Shown one piece after another: positions 1-24,929 of a DNA stretch of 64,000 nucleotides; position 1 is the first letter of the stretch; each line of letters opens with the position of its first letter. The stretch lies in NCBI GenBank assembly GCA_963693365.1, contig CAVNZM010000006.1, positions 620,001-684,000 of the forward strand, written 5' to 3'. The translations under genes were made by a program, and so were the position numbers. This stretch comes from Amoebidium appalachense (Eukaryota > Protista > Ichthyosporea). The notes under the pieces were generated by a model. That model worked only from the letters and a program-made list of their open reading frames with translations, did no database searches and had not been told where the DNA came from.

Positions 1-12513
<12,513 letters not shown>

Positions 12514-14215
12514 CCCTGCAGTAGCCGAGGTTTTAGAACATAGACATGTTAGAGTCAGGAATGAATGTGTACTGGTTGCTGTTTCTGGGAACGAATGGTT
12601 GGAGGAGGGGGATACTGCCTTTATTAAGTCTGTGAAGTGACACTATGATATTCTTGTTATGCAATAATTGTGCACGACGTAGGCCGTGCCTAACTAAGGC
12701 TTTCCCCATGAACGAAACGTGAAACTGCTACAGCACGTGGGCTACCGTACGGTGTGGGTGACTGGCCAGGCTGCACCGTGTGAGACTGCGTCAATCCTAT
12801 TCCTTGTTACAATAAATTAAACAGGTAGGCTGCTTTCAAATGGTTTGTACTGCCATGCAAACTGAACCGTGATCTGTTCTTACCACAACTTGAACGATGC
12901 ATGGTTCTTACCATCATGGTCAATTGGTCCTCTGCAACGTATGTGGGCAATGGTGGATGTATGCCATGTTCAATAAAAGCGATAATTGGTTACAAGTAGG
13001 CCTACGTAGACACAGTGAAAAGGTCCTGGTAAGTTACTTCTGGATTTTGGTGCGGTGCTTTCTGGATTTTGGTGCGGTGCTTTTTGGCAGGCTGGCACGT
13101 CGCACAGGGCCGTGCTGGGACCTGCTAGGTTTTTGCCGAAAAGCCTGGAACAATTTTTAACGTTTAGTCAACACAGCCGGCCGTGCCGCAGGCCCGCCGC
13201 GGCACGGTCAGATCTCAGATCCTGACCGTGCCTTGCATACCGCTGCACGGACTTCCATGGCCACCGTTAGTTGCGCTATGTGAAAGTGGAAGCACTGGAC
13301 AACTGGAGCGGTTTGGTATTGTTTTATTGCTCATTTTGTTTTCTTGTTTGAGTTAATATTACAGTAGTACTGTTTTGTCTTCTTCAGGCTTTGTTCTGCA
13401 GTGCTACTCGGTGACACTGTAATAATGTGTGATTTCGAATTCGAAATTCCGACCCGTGAGACATCCCCCACTACTTCGATGTATGCAAGCTTACAAATTT
13501 GATTCAAATATTGGGAATTTGGGATGCATTCATAAGGACCATTTAAAGCTTTATTGTTGTTTTATTTTTCTATAATACGGCCTAGAAATGTTGTCGTGAT
13601 ATAATAGTGTATAAAAATAAAACACTTAAGGGTTATTCCAGTGTATTTCGCAAGCCTGAGATTCGAGAAGTTATAACAAAGAAAAAAAGAGAACTTAGAA
13701 GGTTTGGGGAGAACAAAGGGAGGCACGTGAGAGGACCAATCGCAGCGCATCACACATTTGATTGGATGCGATTTTCTTTAATCACCTGATTGGACGATCT
13801 TACAGCGCACGTCCAAAGGACTAAGGACAAAGGACAAAGGTGACAGGCTGCCCGCAGGGCAATATGTGGCTTCTATTCCCCAGCTATTGCTGCTACATAT
13901 TTCCGAACCAACTGCACATTCAAATTGAAGTTTTACAAAAGGGAGTGAGAGACCGGGTAAATAAATCTCTATCTAATATGATGGGATGTTCTAGACCGTC
14001 ACGGATTGTCCGTGGGCACACGGTCGCTGCAGCCGTGCAAATTCCTGTGATCGGGCACCCGGCTGAAACTCCGAGCACTGGCCCATTCTCATTGGTTTGC
14101 TCATTCACATGCTCTCACTGACACGGACTCAGTGAGTCAGTGGTCATTTTGTATACTAACCTTTCCATTCGCTAGTTATCACGCGCGTGCTATACAGCGG
14201 CAGGACCTGCGAGAG

Positions 14216-14226
14216 TATATAAAGTG
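14216..14226 (+). promoter_or_regulatory. Putative TATA box (TATATAAAGTG) of the HIG1-domain gene
   Basis: Canonical TATAWA about 120 nt upstream of ATG 14343; an ATTGG (CCAAT) lies near 14091. Confidence 0.55.
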
Positions 14227-14342
14227 TTTGCACATACAAACCATCAACAGTCATTCGACGCATAAAATCGAGGCAGCACACAGCTTCTAAACAACAAACA
14301 CACACACACCCTACGTTTCTGCTTCGGCACCCAACTCAGAAA

Positions 14343-14957
14343 ATGGTGAAGGTCAACGAGAACCAGCAGGAGATTGACGAGATGCACGCCAAGGTCATCG
14401 AGGGAGCCTTCAAGGGCTTCGTCGTGTCCGCCGGTATTGCCCTGGGCGGCTCCCTTGTTGCGCTCAAATTCAGCGAGAAATACGCCAACATGGCTGCGCC
14501 GCTCAAGGCCACTCTTATTGCCATGCCCGTCTGTGCCGGTGTGACCATTGGTGCAGAGGAGGCACTGCTCAAGTTTGAGCGCGACCACTATGCCGAGTAC
14601 GACGGGTTCAAGAAGGCCGAGGACGAGCGTGCAGCCCAGCCCGTTCGGTCCAACCTCAACTGGAAGAACCTGCTTGCTGACTACCGCTACCACCTCGTGG
14701 CTGCTGCATGGGTCACCGGTGTGGCCGGCACCCTGGCATTTTCCTACGGCAACCCCTACCTGACAGCCACGCAGAAGGCCTTCCATGCACGTGTGTACTC
14801 GCAGGGTATCACCGTTGCTGCTGCCCTTGCCACGGCCGTTGTTGCTCCATTTGCCACCAACACAAACGAACTTGTGAAGAAGCAAAACGACGAGTTGTTC
14901 CTGCGCCGACTGGCCTACGAGGAGAAGAAGTACAAGGAGACCCACCAGGCTGCTTAA
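14343..14957 (+). CDS. HIG1-domain mitochondrial inner-membrane protein, Rcf2-like (respiratory supercomplex factor); intronless, 204 aa
   Basis: Two N-terminal hydrophobic helices, then YRYHLVAAAWVTGVAGTLAF..PYLTATQKAFHARVYSQGITVAAALATA, matching the HIG1 motif (ARVYAQGLT-like) of Rcf2 proteins. Strong codon bias and aaaATGg context. Confidence 0.88.
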   Translation: MVKVNENQQEIDEMHAKVIEGAFKGFVVSAGIALGGSLVALKFSEKYANMAAPLKATLIAMPVCAGVTIGAEEALLKFERDHYAEYDGFKKAEDERAAQPVRSNLNWKNLLADYRYHLVAAAWVTGVAGTLAFSYGNPYLTATQKAFHARVYSQGITVAAALATAVVAPFATNTNELVKKQNDELFLRRLAYEEKKYKETHQAA

Positions 14958-15430
14958 ACGCGAGAGTGAGCACGTTTTTTTTTGTGAGTGGATAACCATT
15001 CTCTCTGCGTATAGAGGTGGATGGCAAGGCATTTTAGTGGATGCCACGTGAATATAGATAGTGAGCTCTAATGAAAGCAAATCGTAGGGAGTCGCCGTCA
15101 CACAAGTTTCAAACGTAGGTACGAAAGATTACTATTTTCAATGTATTTACTAGCATATGGCAAGGTTTCAAAAGACGCTGAGTGGGAGATATGTACCAAC
15201 ATGACTCGAACCAAGATATATCTGCAGATCAATTTCCACAGCTGGGCTGATGGGAGCTTTCGTGTACGTTGGTGCTGGTTGCTAGCGAATGAAATCTAGA
15301 TTACTTGAACAATAAAATACAATCTTGGATTAACATCATGGTATATCACTCCTCGTACTCTTTGAACTGATGTGTGCTTTGAATCCCCCCTTCCCCTGCC
15401 CCCCTCCCCCCTCGGGGGACCTGCCGACGG

Positions 15431-16048
15431 ATGGGGGATGCCGTGGCCCCTGGGGCCGCAGGCATACAGCAGCAAGGTCTGGCCACTACTACAGCTGAAT
15501 ACTGCAAAACACCGGTGAGTGACCTCTCTGTCTGTAGAGTGCGAGATGGCACACCGTGCACACACACCCGCACGTTACACGTTGCATCTGTGCGCGAATG
15601 CAACAATGCATAAAGTGAACCACGCATCTGATTTGTCGGGCCGGTTGATTAGAGTTGGTTCTCATGCTACCAAGCACGAACATGTGAAAAGACAATGCAT
15701 TGGGCTCCAACAAACACACACACCAGCCGACCACACAAAGCAGGACCCGAGACCATCTCATATTGAAAATAAAGATAGATCGCATGTGAGCACCTTGCCT
15801 GGTTGCATTTTTCACTCTGTGGGGGAAGGGAGTTGGTGTGCAAACACTTTCTACCGGTACTATTTTCGGCATGTGTGTGTGGGTTGGTGGGTGTTTCGGA
15901 GAGATGTGTGTGCCTAGGTGTCCTACAGGTATGTTCACATGTGCGAGTGTGTCTGCATGCGAGTCTTAGGCATGCTCTGGCAGTGAACGAGGGAGAGGCG
16001 TGGGGCGGGGAAAGGGGGAGGGGGACGGCGGGGGTGAGGAGGTGGGGA

Positions 16049-16095
<47 letters not shown>

Positions 16096-17583
16096 GGTAT
16101 TTGGATTTGTCTGCTTGCCCTACCACTACCACATGTGCGAGTGTGCATCGGTGTGCGAGTCATTAGCATGCTCTGGCACCGAACGAAGGGGAGGCGTGGG
16201 GCGCGCCAAAAGGGGGGGGGGGGGGGGGGGGGGGAGGGCTGGTATATGGTTTTGTCTACTTGCCTTATACCTACCTACGGGCAGATGTTAAAATTTGACA
16301 TCGACCTGGTGCGACTGTGCACAGTTAACCACGGCAAAATCGAGTTCTTTGGGACTTCCCTGGGGTATCCCTACCACAGCTACGGCGTCCACGCACGTGA
16401 GAGCATGTGGGGGCGTGCCTTAATCTCACTTCACCCAACCAAGGTGTGTAAACGGTGTGTGTGTGTGCGTGTGGACGTGTGTGTGCGTGTGTTGTGGTGG
16501 TGGGAAGGGGAGTGAGGAGGAGCCCTCCGTAGGAAAAAAAATTATTGAACTGATTGGTTGTGGTCAAGAGTGTGCGTGTGCATGTGTGCATGTGTGTGTG
16601 TGTGTGGTGGTGGGGGGGGGGGGGCTGCTCTGTAGAGAAAGAGAATTTCTAAAGGGGGTTTCTTTTAGACTTTCGGTCCAGGTCGGGTCAGAGGGGATTC
16701 TAGCTATAAGATTGGCGTGCTGCGCATCAGGTGCGCACCATCGTTTTGCCGGCGGCAAGGTATAGATGCGCCATAGTACAACAAAAAAGAAGAGAAGGGG
16801 GAGGGGGGGGGGACAGAAGAGAATAATAATAATGAAGAGGAAGAAGATTGCAGTTCATATATCATGATTTATATGCTGAACAAAGGACTTGCCCGGATGT
16901 GCTGGAAAGGGGACAATTAATCAGCCTAAAAGAAACGCCTTGTAAGCTTTTGAATTGATTGACGTGGTGAAAAGTGTGTATGTGGAGAAGGGGGGAGGGG
17001 GGGGGAGAGGGGGTACTGCTTCGTGAAGAAAGAGATTTTAATTGGATTGATTGGTGTGGTGGGAAAATGTGTGCGCATGTGTGTGTGTGTGTGAGGGGTT
17101 TAAGGGGGTGGGGTGGGGTTCTATGAAGAAAGAATTTTTTTGGATTGATTAATGTGGTGAGGAGTGTGTGTTTGTGTGTGGAGGGGAGGTTTTGGGGGGG
17201 GGGGGGGGGGGGGGCTGCTCCGCAGAGACTGATTTTCTTGCATTGATTGGTGTGGGGAAGAGTAAGAGGAGAACGGTGTAACTGGTGGCGTGTTGAAGGG
17301 GGTAGATGGAACACACACACATATCTTTCTCCCTTTCTCTCTTTCGCACGTTTGTACGTTAGCGCTCTCAGACTGACTCCAGCGATATTTCCGATGACAA
17401 GCACATACATGTAGCCTTGGTGGCTTTTTATTTAAATTGCATGTTTGTGTGCAGTTGTCGTTGCGAGGTTATCATTCCTACATGGTGGCAGCATACTGCA
17501 TCCCCAGGAGCACTTTCACAAGCGCATGCGTGATTGTAACACCCATACTGCGGCCTGGTTCATGCACACACGTACATGCGTAA
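15431..17583 (+). other. Possible small spliced gene or gene relic of unknown function (candidate exons 15431-15514, 16285-16443, 17455 onward)
   Basis: Non-repetitive blocks with phase-0-compatible splice sites: MGDAVAPG..YCKTP|gtgagt; cag|MLKFDIDLVRL..LHPTK|gtgtgt (159 nt); cag|LSLRGYHSYMVAAY. No family recognised. Confidence 0.35.
16652..16942. mobile_element. Putative MITE (~290 bp) with imperfect 20-bp TIRs and TA flanks, Tc1/mariner-like
   Basis: Left end ta-aagggggtttcttttagact; reverse complement of the right end ta-caaggcgtttcttttaggct. No coding capacity. Confidence 0.55.
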
Positions 17584-18001
17584 ATGCAACACCTTCATGC
17601 GCACACATGTCCAAGTGGCCATGTACTCGTACTCACATGTGCTCACATTCAACCATACCGACTGCACGTGTGCACACGTCCACCCTGACGCAAGTAATGG
17701 CACGCCCTTGGCACAGCCGCAATGAATCGGACACATGCATGTGCACATGTTATTCTCTCAGTGCCCATACAGCTTCAAGGCATACATACCCACACACACT
17801 GCTATCATAAGACAGCATGGAGGTGTTGGTTGTATATAATCCACAATAACCTTCCTTGAAACGACACCTGGCTCACGACACAAGACACATCTTCGAGCAT
17901 GCCTGTAGGTGCATGGGCATGCAACACACCGTGACAGGCAGCCACACATTATCACACACACTATATCGACGCACACCCCGCCGGCATACACACATGCACA
18001 A

Positions 18002-18033
<32 letters not shown>

Positions 18034-18668
18034 ACACACACACACACAGGCTTGCATGCATGCACACCCGCGCGCACACACACACACACACACACAAGCA
18101 CGCGCGCGCACACATACCACACCCGACACATCATCGGGGACTCTAGTGCACACACACACTCACCACCGACACACCGTGTCATCACCACTGACACACATGC
18201 ACGCACCGTCAGTGGCAAGCACACGCGCACACATGCGCGCGCGTGTGCGTGCACGCACGGCCGCACACACACTCACACGCAAACACACCGTTGGTGAAAA
18301 CTGCATTCTCTCTGCCTCTTTTACCTACAGCCACTTACACATGGGCTGAGGGTGCCACACAACTAGAGTAGTGGGGCAATTTTGTGCTCATAATCAAGTG
18401 TCGTGACTTTCGTAATGTGCAGTAATTTGGCAGACGGCAGACTCGTTTCACTAAAGTGAAATCAATCGGTCCTAGTTGGTAGTGCAAACCCCCCCCCCCC
18501 CCCCCCCCCCCCCGCCTGCCTGCCCGCCCGCCTGCTTTGTTTTAGCGTAGTAACTATTTTCTCATGCACCCTAGATGGTGGCGCCTTATATGTTCCTCAC
18601 CCGTTGTGCTGTTGTTGTGTTACAACCTCTTTTATCTCTCCGTTCACCCACCCGTTTTAACGACTAAC

Positions 18669-18865
18669 GGTTCAAACCCTACCACGTACCCGGTCAGACT
18701 AGCAAAATTTAGCCGCCACCGGCTAAGATTGCTATGGTATATGACGTCACCCCGATCTACTACCATATTCAGTAGTAGATCGGTAAACGTCACATTCCAT
18801 AGCAATCTTAGCCGGCGGCGGCTAAATTTTGCTAATCTGACCGGGTACGTAGTCTGTTTTGAACC
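18669..18865. repeat. Long inverted repeat: ~80-bp stem with an 8-nt loop (hairpin RNA or foldback element)
   Basis: 18684-18763 is the reverse complement of 18772-18850 with 4 point mismatches and one small internal loop; outer pairing ggttcaaa/tttgaacc. Confidence 0.9.
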
Positions 18866-19636
18866 CTTTCTCCTTATTATCTTCGAAACTGCTCCTGATA
18901 ACTCATTCGCATTTGGTCCTCCACCAATAGGAAATGAGGAAGATGAAAGTGTCCAATCACCGGGCTCGATTAGCGACAGTGACACCCCCAACATATTCAC
19001 ATAATATGTTGCACACACTCCTTTCCATCTTGCACACTTAGTCAAAAATTCACCACGGTGATGCTACCACCTTTGCCCTTTAAGTTTCTTTTTGCTCTTA
19101 CACATACACACACACCATTCCAACCCCCCCCCCCCACACACACACACACACACACACGCACACTGCCTGGGGCTCTTAAAAATGATCTGCTGTGCTTTAT
19201 ATCATGCTAGGTATTACTAAACACGAATTATCGGTCTTGCGGTATATTTTCCTCGCCTCTCTGTAAAGAGAGAGTGGATGGTACGCTCGTAATGGCATAT
19301 TATCATGACAGAGTGGGCTTCTGCCGGAGGGATCGACCAATAAATGTGCTTTTTTTTAAAAAAGGTTTGCATAGATCTCCATCATGATGTGTGATGCCTA
19401 TATCCTGCAACGTCGTTTTTTACATATGTATCTTGCGATTGGTGGGTGGCCATGGAAGTACTGTTGGCCTTGGTGCCGGTACCTCATGACAGCCCACATG
19501 CATGTGATTAACAGCATATTTCCCCCCCCCCCTTCCCCGGGCCCCCAGGGCCTTCCACAGTTGGATCTGCTTGTTGTAAGGTATATACGGATGATGTTCG
19601 TGTGCGCGCGCACGTTTGTAGGGGAAGGGGCCCCGC

Positions 19637-19672
<36 letters not shown>

Positions 19673-19678
19673 TCCTAA

Positions 19679-19754
<76 letters not shown>

Positions 19755-20576
19755 AAGACGACGAAGGAAAAAAGAAAAGGCCAGAGCATAAAAAGAAAGA
19801 GGGGGGGAAGGGGGGGTCCTTCACATGGTGGACCAACGGTATGTATGTGCAATGCCATGCCGGGGTTGTTTGGGGGTGAGGGGAGGGGCGGGGGGGGGGA
19901 GGGAAGGAGGCCAGGGGGGCCGGGGGCTGGGGCATGAGTCTACCACGAAAATATGGGCCAAATTGAGCAATGTAAATTCTGGGCAACAGCTACACTGACA
20001 CAATCCACGCCTGTGAGACATGTACAAGGTGCTGGTGTCATAGTGCACGATAGTGGTGACGGGGGTGGGGGGGGGGGGGGGGGGAGGGGGAGGCTATAGG
20101 TTGGGAGGGGGAGGGGGGGGGGGGGGGGGGGGAGGGAAGGGGGCAATGGATTTCAAAGATGTACAGCGAGAGAGAAACAGAGACAGGGAGGGGGGGGGGG
20201 GAGGGGGGGGGAAGAGAGGGAGGGAGAGAGAGAGAAGAGAGGGGGGGGGGGGGGGGAGGGGGGGGGGGGGGGGGGAGGGGGGGGCGGTGCCGCGTGCGTG
20301 TGTACGTGTGTCATTCTGCAGCACCCTGGCCAGTGGCCATTAGAAGTACGTGCCTTGAGTATCAAAAGCTAGGTGCAACAATAGCCATATCAAGCTAAAT
20401 TTTCTCAGCAATAATTGGCTATAGATAATGTTAGCACGGATTAATTGGTGTTGAATCACTCACATCAGTGCTACGTAGGTGGACAATCAAGCAACCAGCT
20501 ATCAACCAAATATAACCAAAAATAGCTAATTGATTTCGTGTGGCTCACGACTCATCACACGGCAGCCGATCGCGAC

Positions 20577-20585
20577 TATAAAGTG
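20577..20585 (+). promoter_or_regulatory. Putative TATA box (TATAAAGTG) of the OAS-like gene
   Basis: About 95 nt upstream of ATG 20675; the same 9-mer occurs upstream of the HIG1-domain gene. Confidence 0.5.
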
Positions 20586-20674
20586 GTCAAACAGCACACC
20601 GCAAGACACGCACCTGCCAACACACGCACACACGAGCGCGCACACACACACCTGCGTCTCTCTGCACACACAAC

Positions 20675-21597
20675 ATGGCCAGTACATCCAACGCTATCCC
20701 CTGGCCCGCGGGGCCGTCAACGTCCGGGTCCCTCACCGCCTTTGTGCAGTCCAAACGGCAGCGGCACGGGGACGACTTGTCTCGGCGGGCGGAGGAGTTT
20801 AGGGCGGGGGTTGACAGGTGCCTGCGCAGTGAAGGGGTGGATGTGGAGAGAACCGTGCTGGCTGGGTCCGTGGCAAAGGGCACGGCCGTGGCTGGCATGG
20901 TAAGCGTGTGCTGAAGTGTGGTGGGGACATGTGCAGGTTGAGCTTTACTTTGTGTGAACGTTTTGAGTTTCCGTGCTTGCTTGTTCTTTTTACCCCGTTT
21001 CATCACAGAAGCTAGAGCGGTCGTTCTTTCGTTTTTCCGCTTGTTTGCCATCTTGGCTCTGTGTCTTCATGTGTTTGCAGGTGGTGATTAATTTGGCTAG
21101 TAGAGAAACAATTTTGTTGCCAGAACTTTGTTATATATATGAGCCCGGAAACTCTAGCTTGTTGGCCTTTGAAGAGATTATATGTTTTGGGGTTGGGCCA
21201 GAAAAACCTACTCGCTTCCCGCCCAGGGCTCGGATATCGACGTGGTGGTATTGGTGCGCAACTTTGTGCCCACTGAACACGCCAGTTGGCTTATGAGCAA
21301 GACTTATGCAGCCCTGGTGGGAGAGTTTGGGCCGGCAAAAATCCGAAAACACAAGGGGCAGACCGCCACCTGCCTGTACCTGATGTTCGGGGACACGGAG
21401 GTCAATATTCTGTTTGGCAAGCCCGGCCTGGACAAGTCAGCGGATGGAGATGTGTTGGACGCATACAAGGCATCGGTAACCGAGGTAGGCCTGGGCAAAA
21501 ACAAGAACGGGATTAAATGTGAAATCGTTCGGCAGAGAAAAAAGAAGAGGGAGAAAATGAGAGGTGGGGAGGTGGGGGAAGAAAGGAGGGTGGGGAA

Positions 21598-21646
<49 letters not shown>

Positions 21647-21809
21647 TAAGGAAGAGAGGAACGCTGGCTTCGGTGCATCAACAATACAGATATTTTCGTC
21701 TTCTGTTTCTTTTGTACTTGGAAAGAGAAGTACGATTTTTCTTCTTTATCTGAGGATCCTTTTGATTTCTCTATCTAACCCGTGACACAGTTTGCCTTCC
21801 ACTTCTTCT

Positions 21810-21873
<64 letters not shown>

Positions 21874-24349
21874 ACCGCCAATTTATTGCACCAAGGATTG
21901 AGGGGAGTTACCATCTTGGCGCATGCCTCCTCACGTACTGAATTTTAATTTAGCCCCTTAGTAATACTATAATACTTTTGGACCCCCCACCCATAATACT
22001 TTTGGGACCCCCCCCCCCCCCCCCCTCTCCCCCCCCCCCCCCCCCCCCCCCGGCGCCCCGCCTTCAAAAAAAAAAAAAAAAGAAAAGAAAAACTTATGGA
22101 CCATTGTAGTACATCATTAAGACGCACATACAAAGCTGTCTTACCCATGAACTTCGTCAGCTTGAAGTTCGTAAATGTGGAGACGTTCTGGCAACCTCCG
22201 AACAAATTTGCAAGACAAACACACATTCACGTACACACACCCAGGCGGACTGACGTCCCTGTCCCTGTTTCCCCCCCCCCCCCCCCCCCTTTTTCCCTCT
22301 CCCCTTCCCCTATTCATCGGCACATACCCACAAATACGCACGCGTACACACGCGCGCGCGCGCGCATGCGCACACCGCACGCGCACACTCATGCATATGC
22401 TCGCACGCACGTGCACACACCCACACACACACACACACACCCGCACACACACACACACACACACCCGCACACCCTCACACACACACACACACACATACAT
22501 CCATGCAACCAGGCACAAATCGGCATTGTGACATCTGAGATCAAGCGTACCCCGTACCTCCTAGACCTAATCGTCCTCCTAAAGATCTGGCGGTCCCACC
22601 TGGCGGCACTCGGCAAATCAAGAATGCCCGCCGGCTCTCTGCCCAGCTCCTACCTGCTCGAGTTACTTGCCATAGACATCGTGAAACAGTACCCCTACAA
22701 CGGCGGCAAGTTTGAAAATTGGTTGGTGATGGCATTCACGCGTACTTTGGAGAGGTTTCTGGGTGTGTGTGCCCCCCTCCTCCTCCCCCCCGCCCCCCTC
22801 CCCCGCTTTGCTCCTGGCCATACCAGGTACTCCAAGGCTTTCCTCGCATGAGCACTATAGTCTACCAATATACGTTGGCCTTTTGATTCCTGGTTGTGTC
22901 TCTTTATATCCACTGCATGTGGTTTATGAGAGAGTTAATGTGTCTCAGAGTCATTGCTTTTACACTGTTAGGCACACGTGACTTAACTTATTCTCTTTAC
23001 TTGCCTCAACCCGGCACCTACGGATGTGTTTAACGTACTCCCCGACACCCAAGCACCAGCCCCGCACAGAAAAATGATATCGACTGTGCTCACTTGCATC
23101 ACAATTCACGCTCTGTATCATGGTGTATTTGCTTTATCGTATTTTAAAGCACAAAAGCTTAACGTGGCTCTATCTAAGAGGTTTTCCCCTTTGCTTCCCA
23201 ATCTTTCCTCAGGCGATGCTCCATCCCCCCCCCCCCCCCCCCCCCGCCCCCGCAGCGCTGACGCTGCCGCCGTTCCTAAAACCGTGCAAGAATGGGGTAC
23301 ACAGGCACAGGCACAGGCTTAAGCGTGTGTACTCGAACTCACCTACCTGCTGCCCCCCCACCCCCCCACCCCCCTCCCCTCCCCCCCCTCCCCCCCCCCC
23401 CCCCCCCCCCACCACATAAACACACACACACACTTACACACAAACGTACACTCAGAGTGGGAGAGTCAGTCCATCCGCTGGAAGAACACTTCTGGCAGGC
23501 ATTTGCGTGAAGGCCAGGTGGGGGCGAGGGTGTTTGACCCCGCCAACAGTGCTACCGACATAGGGAAATGCATCCAAAACTCGAAGCCGTTGAAGGAACA
23601 GGCCAGAATTACACTGGCCCAAATAACGGCCGCAGCGGGGTTTAACAGCAAGTGCGAGCACACAGCCAAGGTGCTGCAAGACACAATCTCGACCACAAAC
23701 CCCATCACAGCACTACAGTTGTTTGGACAGAAAGTGGGGGTTCCTGTGAAATTCCTCATCACCCCACCTACAGCGGCTGGATTTTCGTGCCGGGCCACCC
23801 TTGGCCGGTTTCAGGGTCAGGGCTATGGGCAGAGAGAGAAAGATGCCGAGCGGGTGGCATCAGAGTGTGTGCTGATGTTGATAGGGCAAGCCGTGGGGTG
23901 GACGCCCTCCTTTGCCCGCTCCAATACTCCCCCTCCAGCTACTATGGCATGTGCGTGGCAATCCCCCCCCCCCCTCCCCCATCCCGCCTACCTTTTCCCA
24001 CTTTCCCCCTTTCCCCTTTTCTCCGTTCCCCCCTTGTCCGTTAGTCTTCTCACTTCAGCTTTTGCTTGCTTAATTGGGGAAAAAAAAGGGGGAGTAAGGG
24101 GGGGGGGGGGGAGGGGGACTGCACCCCTGTTGTTGACAACGTAGACGAGTCGAAAAGGTTGAGCTTTAGATTGGTTGTGACGTTGCATGGTACTGTTGCA
24201 GCTTTCAACCCAAGTGTCCTAGGCCCACACCCTTTTTTATTAAAGTGTGTTATCACAAGAACTTATACCTGGGTGCCCACATAGAGGCACATGAATATGA
24301 AAAAGGGAGGTGCGGGAACTGTGAAGGACGGGAGTTTTTTTTTTTTTTT

Positions 24350-24406
<57 letters not shown>

Positions 24407-24893
24407 GGGGGGGGGCGGCAGGGGTGAGAGGGCGGCGGGGGGGGAGGGAGGGGGGGGGGGCATTAGATGCCATATGCCTTCTTCCTTCGACTAAAACATA
24501 TTTCCTCACAGCACCACCCCAGCGCGGCCCATCCACCTCAACACACAGCCTCCGCTCACCACCCACAATCCCGACCCCCTCAGCATCTACAAGCACACTG
24601 CCCAAGCCACCAACCCCACCCAAGGCACAGACAGACATGCAGATTCTGCAGGTGTGGGCCGCCAAAAAGAAATTGGATGTGGCCACGAAAGAGACTGAGG
24701 GGCAGAATGGGACTGGTGGGTTCAAGGTTACTATGGCGGTGATGGGGATGAATACAAGCGGGAAGGGCAGGACCAAGCAAGAGGCACGCCAACATGCTGC
24801 AGGTGCACAACCCTTTCTTCGTGTTTTTCACTACATCTCACACTGCACACGATTTGCTTCCCCTCTCTCCTCTCCGGATCCCCGAGAAGGGGA

Positions 24894-24929
<36 letters not shown>

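Noticed and set aside
13430-13760. AT-rich segment reminiscent of DNA-transposon ends (similar ones at 54830-54930 and 56720-56900)
   Set aside because: No matching TIR pair or TSD could be identified by eye.
14244-15101. 285-aa minus-strand ORF
   Set aside because: Antisense shadow of the codon-biased HIG1-domain gene.
18564-19045. Overlapping ORFs on both strands sharing TTYPVRLAKFSR
   Set aside because: The shared peptide is a by-product of the DNA palindrome; no independent coding evidence.
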